From NCBI GenBank assembly GCA_039028615.1, contig JBCCHT010000002.1, positions 64,001 to 128,000 on the forward strand: DNA of 64,000 bases, read 5' to 3'. Positions within the stretch are counted from its first letter, which is position 1. Each line of letters opens with the position of its first letter. The notes under the pieces were generated by a model that ran no database searches, had not been told where the DNA came from, and worked only from the letters and a program-made list of their open reading frames with translations. Shown here one piece after another: positions 10,001 through 20,009 of this stretch. The translations under genes were made by a program, and so were the position numbers. Origin of the DNA: Myxococcota bacterium (GTDB taxonomy: Bacteria; Myxococcota_A; Polyangia; Nannocystales; Nannocystaceae).

Positions 10001-12652
10001 ACCTATGAGGTCGAAGTCGTCGACGACGGCGAGGATCTCGGCACCCACTACCCCGAGCCCATTGCCGCCCTCCGGGTCACGCTGCGCGCCCTGCTGTCCA
10101 CGTTGCCCCGCGTGCAGCTCCAGCGAACCCACCTGAGCTCCGAGGCCTGGGTGCACACCACCCGCCTCGCCCCGCTCGCCCGCGCCGGTTCCATCCGCGT
10201 ACGAGCAGGACTCGAAGTCGACTACGTGCTGCCGCGAGTCGGCCGCGCTCGCGCTCAACGCATCGCCGTCTACGACCCGAGCTCGCGGGCGCTACTCGTC
10301 GACACCCGAGTGCTCATGGATCCCGCGGGCACGGTGACCGGCTTGGCCCAGGGCCTCATGGCCTGCATCTACGACGGGCCAGGCGAAGACCAGCTCGTCG
10401 ACATCGTGGAGATCCTACTGCGCCTGCGCTCGCGCGAGCGCATGGACGACTACCTCGACCAGCGCTTCTTCCCCACCGCGGACGAGGGCGACCAAGAGCC
10501 CGGCAATCAACTGGCCGCGCGCGTGGGGGAGCTGTTCGACTACGGGCTCGACCGACGCCTGGTCGCGCGCTTCGAGGCGCTCGCCGGTCGCTCGCTCGAC
10601 CGCTGGCGCGACCCCGCCGTGTTCGCCGATCTTCCCGACGATCAAGAACAGGCCGTGCGCACCGTCGTCGGTCGCATGCTCGCCGCCATCGAGCTCGAGG
10701 ACGCGCCGCAGCCCCTGGTCGAGGCCTTGGCTCTGCTGCTGTCCGCCCGCTCGCTCAGCGACGTCCCGGCCGGGCTACTCGCGCCGCAGGCCCAGCGCCT
10801 CGAGCCCAACCTCAGCGACGAGGTCGGCCCTCGCCCCGCCTCCCATCGCCCCGAGGGGCGCAGCTCGGCCTCGGCCCCATCGGCTGGCGATGCCGGCGGA
10901 AGCCCGCTCCAGTTCGACTCGGGTCCATCCAGCTTCGATCCCGATAGCGACGACATCCCCTCCCTCGCCGAGCTCGAGGCGCGCCTGGCCGAGCTCACCG
11001 GGCAACGCGACGGCTCCGCCCTCGGCGACGACGCCTCTCCGCACCGCTTCGTCATTCCCTCCACCACCGAGCCCTCGGGTACCGCCTTTCCCATCGCCGA
11101 TGGCGACGACCGGGAGCCCGAGCCCGTTCACGATCCGCTCGACGCCCCTGCCCCCGAGCAGAGCGGTGGCTTCTGGCAGCGCATGGCTCGACGCCTCGGC
11201 CTCACCGAGCCCACCCACGAGGAACCACCGCCCGCGTGGGCCGAGCCCGGTGCCAACGTCCTGGGCCCGAGCAGCCATATCGGTCCTCAGCTGTGGGTGC
11301 GGGGCCATACCTTGCGCGAGATGGCCACGCAGCGCGTCCCCATGGGCTTGCTGCATCAGCCGCAGGTGCTGCCTTCGCCCTACCGCTACGTCGTGCACAC
11401 GCTCGGGGTCATCTTCGATCGCCAGAGCCAGCGCTGGCACCCGCAGTCCTTGCCCGGGCTCAGCGGGCTCTACGACGGAGAGCGCACCGGAGCCACCGTC
11501 TCGTTCGCGGGCAGCCTCAGCCCGGGTCGCAGCGTGATCCCAGTGCCGCTGTTCGGCGACATCGTGCGCATGGAAGTCGTAGACGCCAACCCCAAGCTCG
11601 TGCGACCGCTCGGTCGCATCGAAGGCGGCAGCGCGGTGGTGGAGGTCGACGGAGGCCGAGCGATCGACCTACGCTACGAAGTCGAGCTGCGCCGCCCCCC
11701 CACGCTCACCGAGAGCCATGTCGAGGGCTGGCCCACGCCTCGCCCCACCGTGCCTCGCCACGAGCTTCCCCGCCCCGTTCGCGACTGGATCGATCGCAAC
11801 GCCATCCCCGAGCGCTGCGCCTGGGAGCAGGCTCGCCGCGCCGAGGCCTTCGTCCAGCGCAACTACCTCTACGACCTCGAATTCCGCGAGCGCCCCGAGG
11901 TCGAGCGAGCCGCCCGCGACCTCCGACCCGGCGTCGGCAATCACCACCTCACCCTGCTGCATGCCAGCGCCGACGCCCAGACTCTGGGTCGCGGCGTCTG
12001 CTACGAGCTCAACGTCCTGGTCGCCGAACTCCTGCGCCACCTGGGCGTGCCCACCATGATCGCCACCGGCTGGATGCTCGACGAAGGCTTTGCCGACCGA
12101 CCCGACCACCTGTTCGCCCTCGCCGTCCTCCCTTCTGCCGCCGGTCCTTGCTTGATGCCCCTGGATGCCGCCACGGGACCACGTGGTCCCGTTCGCCCCC
12201 TCGCCGGCTCGCAGCCTCCCACCGTCGACCTCTCCCCGCGGCGGCGCCCCTCGATCCTCGAGCCCGGCGGTGGCTGGGGTGGTCGCATGTTGCCGGGACC
12301 CGAGCGCGAAGTCGCCGTCGACGAGCACGTGCATTCGTTCCATCGCTTGCTCCGAGACGAACTCGACCGCGAGCGCGATGCTCTGTATCGATTGCTCCGC
12401 ATTGCCGAGGCCGCCCGCGGCACCGAACCCACGCCACGCCGGGATGACGAGCAGCTCTCCGACCTACGCGCACGAGCGATTCGAGCCCTGGGCGATCCCG
12501 CCCGACTCGCCCCGATGCTGGCGATCATTCGTGGGGACTACGATCACACGGAGGCGGTGCCCGACGTCGTGCAGGCGCTCGTGCGAGATGGGCTGGCCAC
12601 CGTGCAGAGCCGACCGAGCTACCGCGTGCGACCAGCCGATGAAAACCACTGA
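4016..12652 (+). CDS. 2878-aa sacsin/NO VEIN-like GHKL (Hsp90-like) ATPase with internal repeats and a C-terminal transglutaminase-like domain
   Basis: ELLQNAEDA, HDGKPF, SIGQTTK, IGFFGVGFKSIY, YSYLPT..GLRFFVQGHF..RE..DSRWNEW; C-terminal GVCYELN..LLRHLGVP..GW..DHLFA..PLDA; GGAGG RBS. Confidence 0.85.
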   Translation: MDSPPPFSALPLDEQLRQLEAALERGEDPRQLLRTCAGVRDHAPLAWLARRLLERDWLRGEDERAWTAGFLLEQPETAVDRVLKAWVGDGSFTKRRGDPLQDTLLAVLQQVGVDRVSVMCLVDRALKHNFSEARDAHVEALTARCAEALAAGRVDDVGIDQLAQVSSPGIATLRARAAEHGPQTAEALHETLKQLARRTLEVLGQAPKAVSQANAEELLSKRVYTDPGHFLVELLQNAEDAGARTFRLRFGPRRIEVWHDGKPFDTRDVVGVTSIGQTTKRKQQIGFFGVGFKSIYEITDRPQIYSDVYCFEIADVSIPKSLAGRPSTVSPDGTVLVLPLRAPDDPERSPEQLFGKARDLDAIVLFTLRRIDVIDLELEAADGTITKHSVHELAPDERGVSRIRQQPQGWVRGYAVHDAEHVYRGGLRAPGRADRTRVMVGVRVDEEGVPRALEPDTPTVYSYLPTEEHSGLRFFVQGHFDVPVDRERVTQDSRWNEWILSMVPQGLASLAEQLTADLPVETRARVAEGFLGVLPLMSELGSPIFRRIVLGLRAAFASMAIVPCEDGSLQPAASILHTEEELAALYEGEPVRLDGTVRYLALRQLPPRAIEVASMLGASRLRVGDLVDELDRCLSECSDGSRSEDSAAPIFLREPTSARLAACYEVLDGAVMRRTGAGPRRLADLSTMRRLRALPLVLSEREALYRPGSAIVRADPALREIYEGLRAFVHPDHDAAVDPEDPARATTTAFLERLGVHCLSVRDLVDELHSQLGSRTEPIADLAQTRFPGTPQRLAAAIALLAEASTPLQRRAARLPIFAARDGRYYPAARSPSDRNGVLLYEPGGIGTALLEYYGHERPVCAPDEDDPALSLLQSARTPALSLVSLVADLRDRAPSLDDDALERLHALLETLQDEVPDRTRRELAKLPIWPDTHGVRRPLIGDDAVRIPASPAIAALLPALPLLHPRVLARTHAREMGGDVVGIEALLDALAPEAEAPLRIEPTPASVTAVLEILREDKDSISPRMRARLVEVPAFLDDTNTPCRLDQLALAEDASLRQVYAHWPARRFVDPESLSRTAITELDLDGRLTRAKTETLVDDLAGVSAQLAGRVVHGDSTDEPLPFVHDGEHLRSVLQYCAARATALPRAALLRLCQVAIIPDTQGALGLLGDARRPDTGSEVYACAPSLRPTFSLMGSRILAPWADEILGPLLEAAGREALDIVALVARLKALPPVAPSEERAPAQTPEALAIIHQALVEGASVLAHHHPPEPRPGLAPSSRVLGALAIWPTRAGGVTTAEHVVDDDALQTLLPTTGPARQRLKAATLDPEATVRLRALAPLVVPTSASHFVAELVEAMARPGLPLHEQDPMLSDPLRLAQLYAFIGPDAPVHPAVDSTGRLRLHPLVRALPDTVALAEGTDLAERLLHPAMATALPEDLPFDSLRPDELVGALIGDHLDPGPMQEHPRLTDAKRRQRFYAWLVDHESAVFTDPDARVRLRSQPLFPTDRGTLRSADQLVVDPDLPQLDVDWTPHPELPAQTLSLLVRHLGIGRPPVEDLVADHLAPAYRTAAARGDGPGAARLLEYLARSTSSVPGSLIQALISIEGPALVEGSHGHFVDATGLLLPPTELVTAVESVFGTNHPPPHPRLTEATHGLLRTLGVPSVPPHAWVAEAMRAGVASVAAASGLALLVAYLHRDDPEGTLEQLPLTEVPWLLDGNGITRRPSALFHWTAEVQALVGEDPSLYPAPQISRIVGEALMARLGLRNVSDVRLPEVVAHIDASRKRSAPVPFRVYQWLERGLVEGWLDGAQLRASLSDRAWICSDDGEYHPHARVLGVRALEQFGQRRGYWERGRQQCPALCRIFAIATQVDSTALLAFLEEVAHDARLKGDASLLADEPALPRMLLRAYAALGADEEAQAGGLVLCRQCGGEDSGALALRPFEDPLVLRSDAPALEAMFSAAGTFFVAAPGSLEDRAAIDSYYQRGGLARLRETYEVEVVDDGEDLGTHYPEPIAALRVTLRALLSTLPRVQLQRTHLSSEAWVHTTRLAPLARAGSIRVRAGLEVDYVLPRVGRARAQRIAVYDPSSRALLVDTRVLMDPAGTVTGLAQGLMACIYDGPGEDQLVDIVEILLRLRSRERMDDYLDQRFFPTADEGDQEPGNQLAARVGELFDYGLDRRLVARFEALAGRSLDRWRDPAVFADLPDDQEQAVRTVVGRMLAAIELEDAPQPLVEALALLLSARSLSDVPAGLLAPQAQRLEPNLSDEVGPRPASHRPEGRSSASAPSAGDAGGSPLQFDSGPSSFDPDSDDIPSLAELEARLAELTGQRDGSALGDDASPHRFVIPSTTEPSGTAFPIADGDDREPEPVHDPLDAPAPEQSGGFWQRMARRLGLTEPTHEEPPPAWAEPGANVLGPSSHIGPQLWVRGHTLREMATQRVPMGLLHQPQVLPSPYRYVVHTLGVIFDRQSQRWHPQSLPGLSGLYDGERTGATVSFAGSLSPGRSVIPVPLFGDIVRMEVVDANPKLVRPLGRIEGGSAVVEVDGGRAIDLRYEVELRRPPTLTESHVEGWPTPRPTVPRHELPRPVRDWIDRNAIPERCAWEQARRAEAFVQRNYLYDLEFRERPEVERAARDLRPGVGNHHLTLLHASADAQTLGRGVCYELNVLVAELLRHLGVPTMIATGWMLDEGFADRPDHLFALAVLPSAAGPCLMPLDAATGPRGPVRPLAGSQPPTVDLSPRRRPSILEPGGGWGGRMLPGPEREVAVDEHVHSFHRLLRDELDRERDALYRLLRIAEAARGTEPTPRRDDEQLSDLRARAIRALGDPARLAPMLAIIRGDYDHTEAVPDVVQALVRDGLATVQSRPSYRVRPADENH

Positions 12653-12663
12653 GCTGACGCGTC

Positions 12664-14844
12664 CTAGCCTGCCGGAGCGGTGGCGTCGTCCTGCACCGCT
12701 GCGCGCCGGACTTGCACCGCGTGGCCGAGCATCACCGCCATGCCGCTGACCGGCTCGAGGTGCCCGCCGGGGATCACCTCGTTGACGTTCGCCCCCGGCA
12801 GGGCCTCTGCGCGTGTCATCGAGGTCCCGCGATGCCCCCAGCCGTGCGGTACGGCCACGACTCCGGGGCGCATGTCTTCGGTCAGCTGCGCCTGCAGCCG
12901 GATGACCCCCTGCCCCGTCTCGATCTCGATCTCGTCCCCATCTTCAATGTGGTGAGCGCTCGCATCCTCGGGGTGCAACAAGGCCGTATTGCCCGGCGGA
13001 AGCCGAATTCGGGGGTTGTTGTGCATCCAGCTGTTATGGGAGTGCCGCTGGCGGCGGCCGATGAGCACGAGTCGACCGGGGCGTGGGGCGAGGTGCTCGG
13101 CTTGCTCGTCGAGTCGGGGCAGGTCGGCGGCGAGCCGTGGCGGATAGAGCCGAACACGCCCATCGGGAGTCGGGACCCGGCGCCCGAGAAAAGAGCCGGG
13201 CTGCAGCGGAGGCAAGAGCACCCCGCCGGGCTCTCGCTTCAGCTGCGAAAGGGAGACGTCACCACCCCACCGCAGCAAGAGCGCGAGTAGATGGTCGGGG
13301 GTCAGCTCGGCTCGCCCGGGAAGCGCAGCGAGGACCCGGTTGATGTGCGGTAGCAGGTTGCCGACGCCTCCCCAGGGCTTGGCCCCGCACGCGACGGCGA
13401 GGTCGGAGAAGATGCGCCACTCCTCCCGACGCTCGAACTTGGGCTCGACGACCTTGGGAGTCCACTGGGCATGGGGGCGCACCTGAAGCAGCGCGTGCGA
13501 GGCGGGATAGTCCGAGCGCTCCAGCATGTCGGTGGCAGGCAACAGATAGTCGGCCTCGGCTGCGGTCTCGTTGCGATACAGGTCGATGGAGACGAGCAGG
13601 TCGAGCTTCTTCAGCGCGGCCGCCAGCCGCTGGCCGCCGGGCATCGCGTGCACGGGATTGCCCGCGGAGACGAACAGCGCCCGGATGCGCTCCGGGTGGT
13701 CGTTGTCGATCTCGTCGGGTAACGCGGCCACGGGGAAACAACCCGCGACGCGGTGCCAATCACCTCGCAACGTGCGGTGCTCGTCGAACGTCCCCAGGCC
13801 GATCCACTGCGCGAGCTTCAGGGTGTCGAAGGCCCCGCGCGGGAAGAGCAGGCCGCCCTTGCGATCGAGGTTGCCGGTAATGAGGTTGAGGCCCTGCACC
13901 AGCCAGTACGCGATCGAGCCGAAGGGACCCTGGTTGACCCCGGTGGACATGTACAGCGCGGCGGTCGGGGCATCGCGATAGGCTCGGGCGAGCTCCCGGA
14001 TGCGCTCGGCCTCGATCCCAGTGATGACGGCGACGCGCTCGGGGGTCCACGGGGCGGCCATGCCGACGAACTCGTCGATGCCGGAGGCCAGCGCCCGTGC
14101 GTCACGAAGGTCGAGCGAGTCCTCGTGGGTGAGCACGTGCAACAACGCCATCAGCAGGTAGGCGTCGGTCCCCGGCATGATCGGCACATGCTCGCCGACC
14201 TTGTGCGCGGTCTCGGTCCGGCGCGGGTCGACGATGACGACCCGGCCTCCCCGCGCCGTGACCCCTCGCAGCTGCGCCACGGCGTTGGGTAGCTGGATGA
14301 TGGACATCTGACTGACCATCGGGTTGCTGCCCAGGCACATGAAAAAGTGCAGGCCATCGAAGTCGGGGACGGCGTGAACCATGGACCGACCGAACATCTC
14401 GGTCGAGACGTGCAGCTTGTTGTTGTTGTCGACCGAGTGCGAGGCAAAGAGGTTGGGCGAGTGCAACGCCTCGAGGAAACCCGACGACAGCATGATGTTC
14501 TGGAAGCTGAAGTAGGTGGGGTTGCCGGTGTAAAGAGCCACGCTGCGGTCGCCGTGGGCCTCGCGAATCGCTCGGACCTTCTCGCCGATCTCGCCGATGG
14601 CCTGCGCCCAGCCGATGCGCTGGTAGCCGGTCGGGGTGCGCTTCATCGGGTAGTCGAGGCGGTCTTCGTCGTGGTGCAGCTCGCCGAGGGCGAGGCCTTT
14701 GACGCACGAGTACCCCTGGGACACGGGATGGTCTCGGTCGGGGCGGATCGCGACCACGCGCTCGCTCGCGGTGTCGACCTTCGCGACGAGGCCGCAGTGG
14801 GCTTCGCAGATCCGGCAGTAGGTTCGAGTCTCTCGGGTACTCAT
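12664..14844 (-). CDS. Molybdopterin (bis-MGD) oxidoreductase, cytoplasmic, with N-terminal 4Fe-4S
   Basis: Start MSTRETRTYCRICEAHCG...SCVKG; GSNP, DPRRTETA, ADYLLPA, C-terminal molydop-binding NSWMHN..LHPEDA..PHGWG; no Tat signal; ATGA overlap with the TetR gene. Confidence 0.9.
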   Translation of the reverse strand: MSTRETRTYCRICEAHCGLVAKVDTASERVVAIRPDRDHPVSQGYSCVKGLALGELHHDEDRLDYPMKRTPTGYQRIGWAQAIGEIGEKVRAIREAHGDRSVALYTGNPTYFSFQNIMLSSGFLEALHSPNLFASHSVDNNNKLHVSTEMFGRSMVHAVPDFDGLHFFMCLGSNPMVSQMSIIQLPNAVAQLRGVTARGGRVVIVDPRRTETAHKVGEHVPIMPGTDAYLLMALLHVLTHEDSLDLRDARALASGIDEFVGMAAPWTPERVAVITGIEAERIRELARAYRDAPTAALYMSTGVNQGPFGSIAYWLVQGLNLITGNLDRKGGLLFPRGAFDTLKLAQWIGLGTFDEHRTLRGDWHRVAGCFPVAALPDEIDNDHPERIRALFVSAGNPVHAMPGGQRLAAALKKLDLLVSIDLYRNETAAEADYLLPATDMLERSDYPASHALLQVRPHAQWTPKVVEPKFERREEWRIFSDLAVACGAKPWGGVGNLLPHINRVLAALPGRAELTPDHLLALLLRWGGDVSLSQLKREPGGVLLPPLQPGSFLGRRVPTPDGRVRLYPPRLAADLPRLDEQAEHLAPRPGRLVLIGRRQRHSHNSWMHNNPRIRLPPGNTALLHPEDASAHHIEDGDEIEIETGQGVIRLQAQLTEDMRPGVVAVPHGWGHRGTSMTRAEALPGANVNEVIPGGHLEPVSGMAVMLGHAVQVRRAAVQDDATAPAG

Positions 14845-15536
14845 GCGCTGCTCCTCGCCGGGCGCTTGGACCGACTGCGTTTGGGCTCGGCGCGGGCTTG
14901 CATGCCGAGCAGCATCAGCTCCACGCTGCCGAGCAAGGCGGAGCGAAAGTCGATGTCGAACAGCTCCATGTCTGGCTGCTCCTGGACGCGTCGCAGGGTC
15001 GGGCCGGGGTCGGACAGCTGCCCGAAGCCGAGCGCCATGGCGTGCACCTGCAGCAGCAACCGCGCGCCGTGGCCCGGGGCCAAAAACGGCAGGTGCCGCT
15101 CCCACTGGGCCCCGGTCTGCTCGAGCAAGGGAACGAGCGCGCGCCGAAACGCCAGCGCGGTCTCGAAGGAGACGTTGTTCTCGAGCACGACGTGCAAGAG
15201 CCCGAGCAGCCGCACCAGGGTCGGTCGCTCGAAGGCCTCACCGAGGATCCGCACGACGCCCCGCGGCCCGGCCGGGGCCCGCCGCTTGGCCAAGCCCGCC
15301 TGAAAGTCCGCGAAGAACTGCTCGATCTCCTGGCGGGCCACGGCTAGGAACAGCGCCTCTTTGGTGCCGAAGTAGAAGAACACCGTGCCCTTGGCGACCT
15401 TCGCCGCCTTGCCGATGGCCGCCATCGTGACCTCGTCGTAGCGCCGGGTCTCGAACAAACGACGTGCGGCCGCCGTGATGGCGTCGCGGCGCTGCTCCTT
15501 TTGATCGGGGGACGATGCGCGGGCGTAGCGAGCCAT
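14841..15536 (-). CDS. TetR-family transcriptional regulator
   Basis: N-terminal HTH VTMAAIGKAAKVAKGTVFFYFGTKEALF. Confidence 0.92.
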   Translation of the reverse strand: MARYARASSPDQKEQRRDAITAAARRLFETRRYDEVTMAAIGKAAKVAKGTVFFYFGTKEALFLAVARQEIEQFFADFQAGLAKRRAPAGPRGVVRILGEAFERPTLVRLLGLLHVVLENNVSFETALAFRRALVPLLEQTGAQWERHLPFLAPGHGARLLLQVHAMALGFGQLSDPGPTLRRVQEQPDMELFDIDFRSALLGSVELMLLGMQARAEPKRSRSKRPARSSA

Positions 15537-15557
15537 GACGAGATCGGATGGGGGATA

Positions 15558-15595
15558 GTCGACCCGGGGTCAACAATAGTTGACCCGGGGTCGAC
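15558..15595. promoter_or_regulatory. Double palindromic operator, probably bound by the adjacent TetR
   Basis: GTCGACCCGGGGTCAAC-aata-GTTGACCCGGGGTCGAC: two near-palindromes with 21-bp period, ~20 nt upstream of the tetR start. Confidence 0.75.
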
Positions 15596-15688
15596 GAGCA
15601 AGGCGCTCCGTTCCTCGACAAACGGCCCCCGGAGGCTCGGACGCGCCCGTTGCTCCGCTTGGCCGGGTCCTGCATGCTCGGGGCCACA

Positions 15689-16578
15689 ATGCTGCTTCGC
15701 CTCGCCATCACGATTTCGGTGCTCGCCGTCGCGGGCCTGGCTTGGGCCGGGACGGAGACGGCCTCGGCCGGGCTCAGCCTCGGCGTGGCCGCAGCCCTGG
15801 GCGCGGTGCAGGGCGCGACCGAGTTCCTGCCCGTGAGTTCCTCGGGGCACCTCGCGCTGGCGCAGGCGTTCTTCGGCGTGGACCCGGAGACGGGCGGACA
15901 CCGCTTCAGCATCGTCGCCCACGCCGGCACGCTGCTCGCGGTGCTGTGGATGTACCGACGCGACGTCATCGAGCTGGCCATGGTGCCGCTGCGACCGATG
16001 ACCGACTCCCCGGCGCGCCAGACCTTGATCATGATGGTGCTCGCGACGCTGCCGCTCGGGCTGGTGCTGATGCCCGGGGTCGAGGACGCCATCGTGACCG
16101 TCGAGAGTCACCCGCGCTTGGTCGGGGTCTGCCTGCTGGCGACCGCGGCGATCCTGTTCTTCGCGTTCCGTCGCCCCAGCGAGGCCGGAGACGAGGAAGA
16201 ACTCGCGCCCCCGAGCCCCAAGCAGGCGATCTTGGTGGGGTTGGCCCAGCTCTTCGCGGTCCTGCCCGGCATCTCGCGTAGCGGCTCGACGATCGCGGCC
16301 GGCCTGGGTCTGGGCATGGACCGTGCGGCGGCGGCTCGCTTCTCGTTCCTCATCAGCATCCCCGCCATCCTCGGCGCGCTGACCCGCGAGGTGACCAAGC
16401 TCGGCGACGAAGCGGGGAGCATCGACCCCCTGCCCTACGTCGTGGGCTTCGCGGTGAGCTTCGTGGTCGGCCTGGCGTGTCTGCGACTGCTGCTCGCGCT
16501 GGTCCGACGGGGGCGAATCGGCGGGTTCGTGATCTACCTGGCCGCGGTGGGGCTCGCGGCGGTCATCTGGGGCTCCTG

Positions 16579-16579
<1 letters not shown>
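15689..16579 (+). CDS. uppP: Undecaprenyl-diphosphate phosphatase (BacA/UppP)
   Basis: QGATEFLPVSSSGHL, PGISRSGSTI, AARFSFLISIPAILGA; start uncertain (15650-15689). Confidence 0.9.
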
Positions 16580-18093
<1,514 letters not shown>

Positions 18094-18095
18094 CG

Positions 18096-18503
18096 ATGGT
18101 CCGCGCATTGGTGACGAGTTCGGTCGGGTTGCTGTTGGGCGCGACGCTGGGCGTGGCGTGCAACGACGGGACGCAGGCGATGAAAGACCTGGCTCGGCAG
18201 GGGAACACCGAGCCGCTGTGTCGCCGGCACTGCGAGCACATCTTCGGCTGCAAAGCGGCGACCCTCACCGAGTCCGTGGCCAACTGCGTGCAAGGCTGCA
18301 TGGACGACGAAGACGCGTGGACCGCCGCCTGCCGCGAAGCGACGATCGCCAGCATCGCGTGTCACACGGCCCTGTCGTGCGAGTCGCTACGGCCGCTGTA
18401 CGAGGCCGAGGCGCTCGGTCCGGGTGATCCCTGCGACGCCGAGCGCAAGGCCCTGGACGATTGCCGACCCGCCCGCGAAGAGTTCATCTACTTCCAGTTC
18501 TGA
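18096..18503 (+). CDS. Small Cys-rich lipoprotein, unknown function
   Basis: Hydrophobic signal ending LGVAC; repeated CxxxC-type pairs. Confidence 0.7.
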   Translation: MVRALVTSSVGLLLGATLGVACNDGTQAMKDLARQGNTEPLCRRHCEHIFGCKAATLTESVANCVQGCMDDEDAWTAACREATIASIACHTALSCESLRPLYEAEALGPGDPCDAERKALDDCRPAREEFIYFQF

Positions 18504-18563
18504 TCTCGCTGCCACGTCCGAAAACGGCCAGACAGCGGCGGGTCGACGCGCTACCCCTATGTC

Positions 18564-20009
18564 GTGGCCCTCGATGCCGAAGCTTGCTACCAGGCGCTCC
18601 GCGCCCGGGATCCGCGGTTTGACGGGGTGTTCTACGTGGGCGTGGCCACCACCGGGATCTACTGCCGCCCCGTGTGCCCCGCCCGCACCCCGGGGCGCGA
18701 TCGCTGCAGCTTCTACGACCGGGCGGCCGAGGCCGAGCGCGCCGGGTTCCGAGCGTGCTTTCGCTGCCGCCCCGAGCTCGCCCCCGGAGCCGCGCGGGTG
18801 GACTCGGTGCCCAGCCTCGCCCGCCGCGCGGCCTCCAAGATCGAAGCGGGCTACCTCGATACCCAGTCGATAACGTCGCTCGCCGACACGCTGGGCGTCA
18901 GCGCTCGACACTTGCGTCGGGCCATGGAAGCCGAGCTGGGGGTGTCCCCCGTCGAACTCGCCCAGACGCAGCGCCTCGCGCTGGCCAAGCAGCTGCTGCA
19001 AGACACCGACCTGCCCATCGCCACGTTGGCCCACGCGGCGGGCTTCGGGAGCGTGCGTCGCTTCAACGCGGTGTTTCGTCGGCGCTTCGATCGAGCCCCG
19101 TCCTCGGTGCGTCGCGGGACGAGCCCGCCGAACGACGAACACGGCATCACCGTGCGCCTGGCCGCGCGCGCCCCCTTCGACGCGATGCCGATCCTGGCGT
19201 TTGTCGCCGCGCGGGCCATCCCCGGGGTCGAGCGGGTCGATGGCCAGGAGTACCGCCGGGTCACCGCGGCGGGAGACAACGTCGGCTGGATGAGCGTTCG
19301 GCCGCGGGCCGATGCCCCCGGGGTGACCGTGTCGCTGTCGCTGTCTTTGGCCCCGTCGCTGCCCCAGGTCATCGCCCGAGTACGCTCGCTGTTCGACCTC
19401 GACGCTCGCCCCGAGCTCATCGACCGCCACCTCGAGGCCGACCCCCGCCTGCGCGCCCGCGTCCGGCAGCGACCCGGCCTGCGCGTCCCCGGGGCCTACG
19501 ACGGCTTCGAACTCGCGATGCGAGCCGTCCTCGGGCAACAGGTGTCGGTCGCCGCCGCGACCACCATGAGCGGTCGACTGGCGGCACGCTTCGGCGACGC
19601 TCAGCCGCAGCTGGGTCCCACTGCGGTGCGCTTCCCCAGCGCGGCCCGGCTCGCTCGCGCCACCCAATCCGAAGTGGCCTCCATCGGCTTGCCCACGCGA
19701 CGCGCTCAGACCCTGCTCGCCGTCGCGAAGGCGGTGCACGAAGGCACCCTCGAGCTGTCTCCCGCCGCGGAGCTCGAGCCCACTCTGGAGACTCTGCTCG
19801 CGCTGCCTGGCATCGGGCCCTGGACGGCGCACTACATCGCCATGCGGGCGCTCGAGTGGCCCGATGCCCTCCCCGCCAGCGACCTCGTGCTTCGCCGTGC
19901 GCTCGAGGTGTCCACCGCCCGCCAGGTCGAGCGCTGCGCAGCCCCGTGGTCGCCGTGGCGGGCCTATGCCTGCATGCAACTTTGGGCGGGACCCACCGAA
20001 CAGGAATGA
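18564..20009 (+). CDS. alkA: Ada-AlkA fusion (Ada Zn domain + AraC HTH + DNA-3-methyladenine glycosylase)
   Basis: TTGIYCRPVC, GFRACFRCRPE, HTH, AVLGQQVS, HhH LPGIGPWTAHY, WSPWRAYA. Confidence 0.92.
   Translation: MALDAEACYQALRARDPRFDGVFYVGVATTGIYCRPVCPARTPGRDRCSFYDRAAEAERAGFRACFRCRPELAPGAARVDSVPSLARRAASKIEAGYLDTQSITSLADTLGVSARHLRRAMEAELGVSPVELAQTQRLALAKQLLQDTDLPIATLAHAAGFGSVRRFNAVFRRRFDRAPSSVRRGTSPPNDEHGITVRLAARAPFDAMPILAFVAARAIPGVERVDGQEYRRVTAAGDNVGWMSVRPRADAPGVTVSLSLSLAPSLPQVIARVRSLFDLDARPELIDRHLEADPRLRARVRQRPGLRVPGAYDGFELAMRAVLGQQVSVAAATTMSGRLAARFGDAQPQLGPTAVRFPSAARLARATQSEVASIGLPTRRAQTLLAVAKAVHEGTLELSPAAELEPTLETLLALPGIGPWTAHYIAMRALEWPDALPASDLVLRRALEVSTARQVERCAAPWSPWRAYACMQLWAGPTEQE

Noticed and set aside
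12664..15105. 813-aa version of the Mo-oxidoreductase
   Set aside because: The first ~87 codons lie inside tetR in another frame; the ATGA-coupled start at 14844 directly precedes the Fe-S motif.
15555..15596. 21-bp direct repeat as a possible mini-CRISPR or IS end
   Set aside because: Two abutting copies with no spacer and no cas or transposase gene; the position fits a TetR operator.
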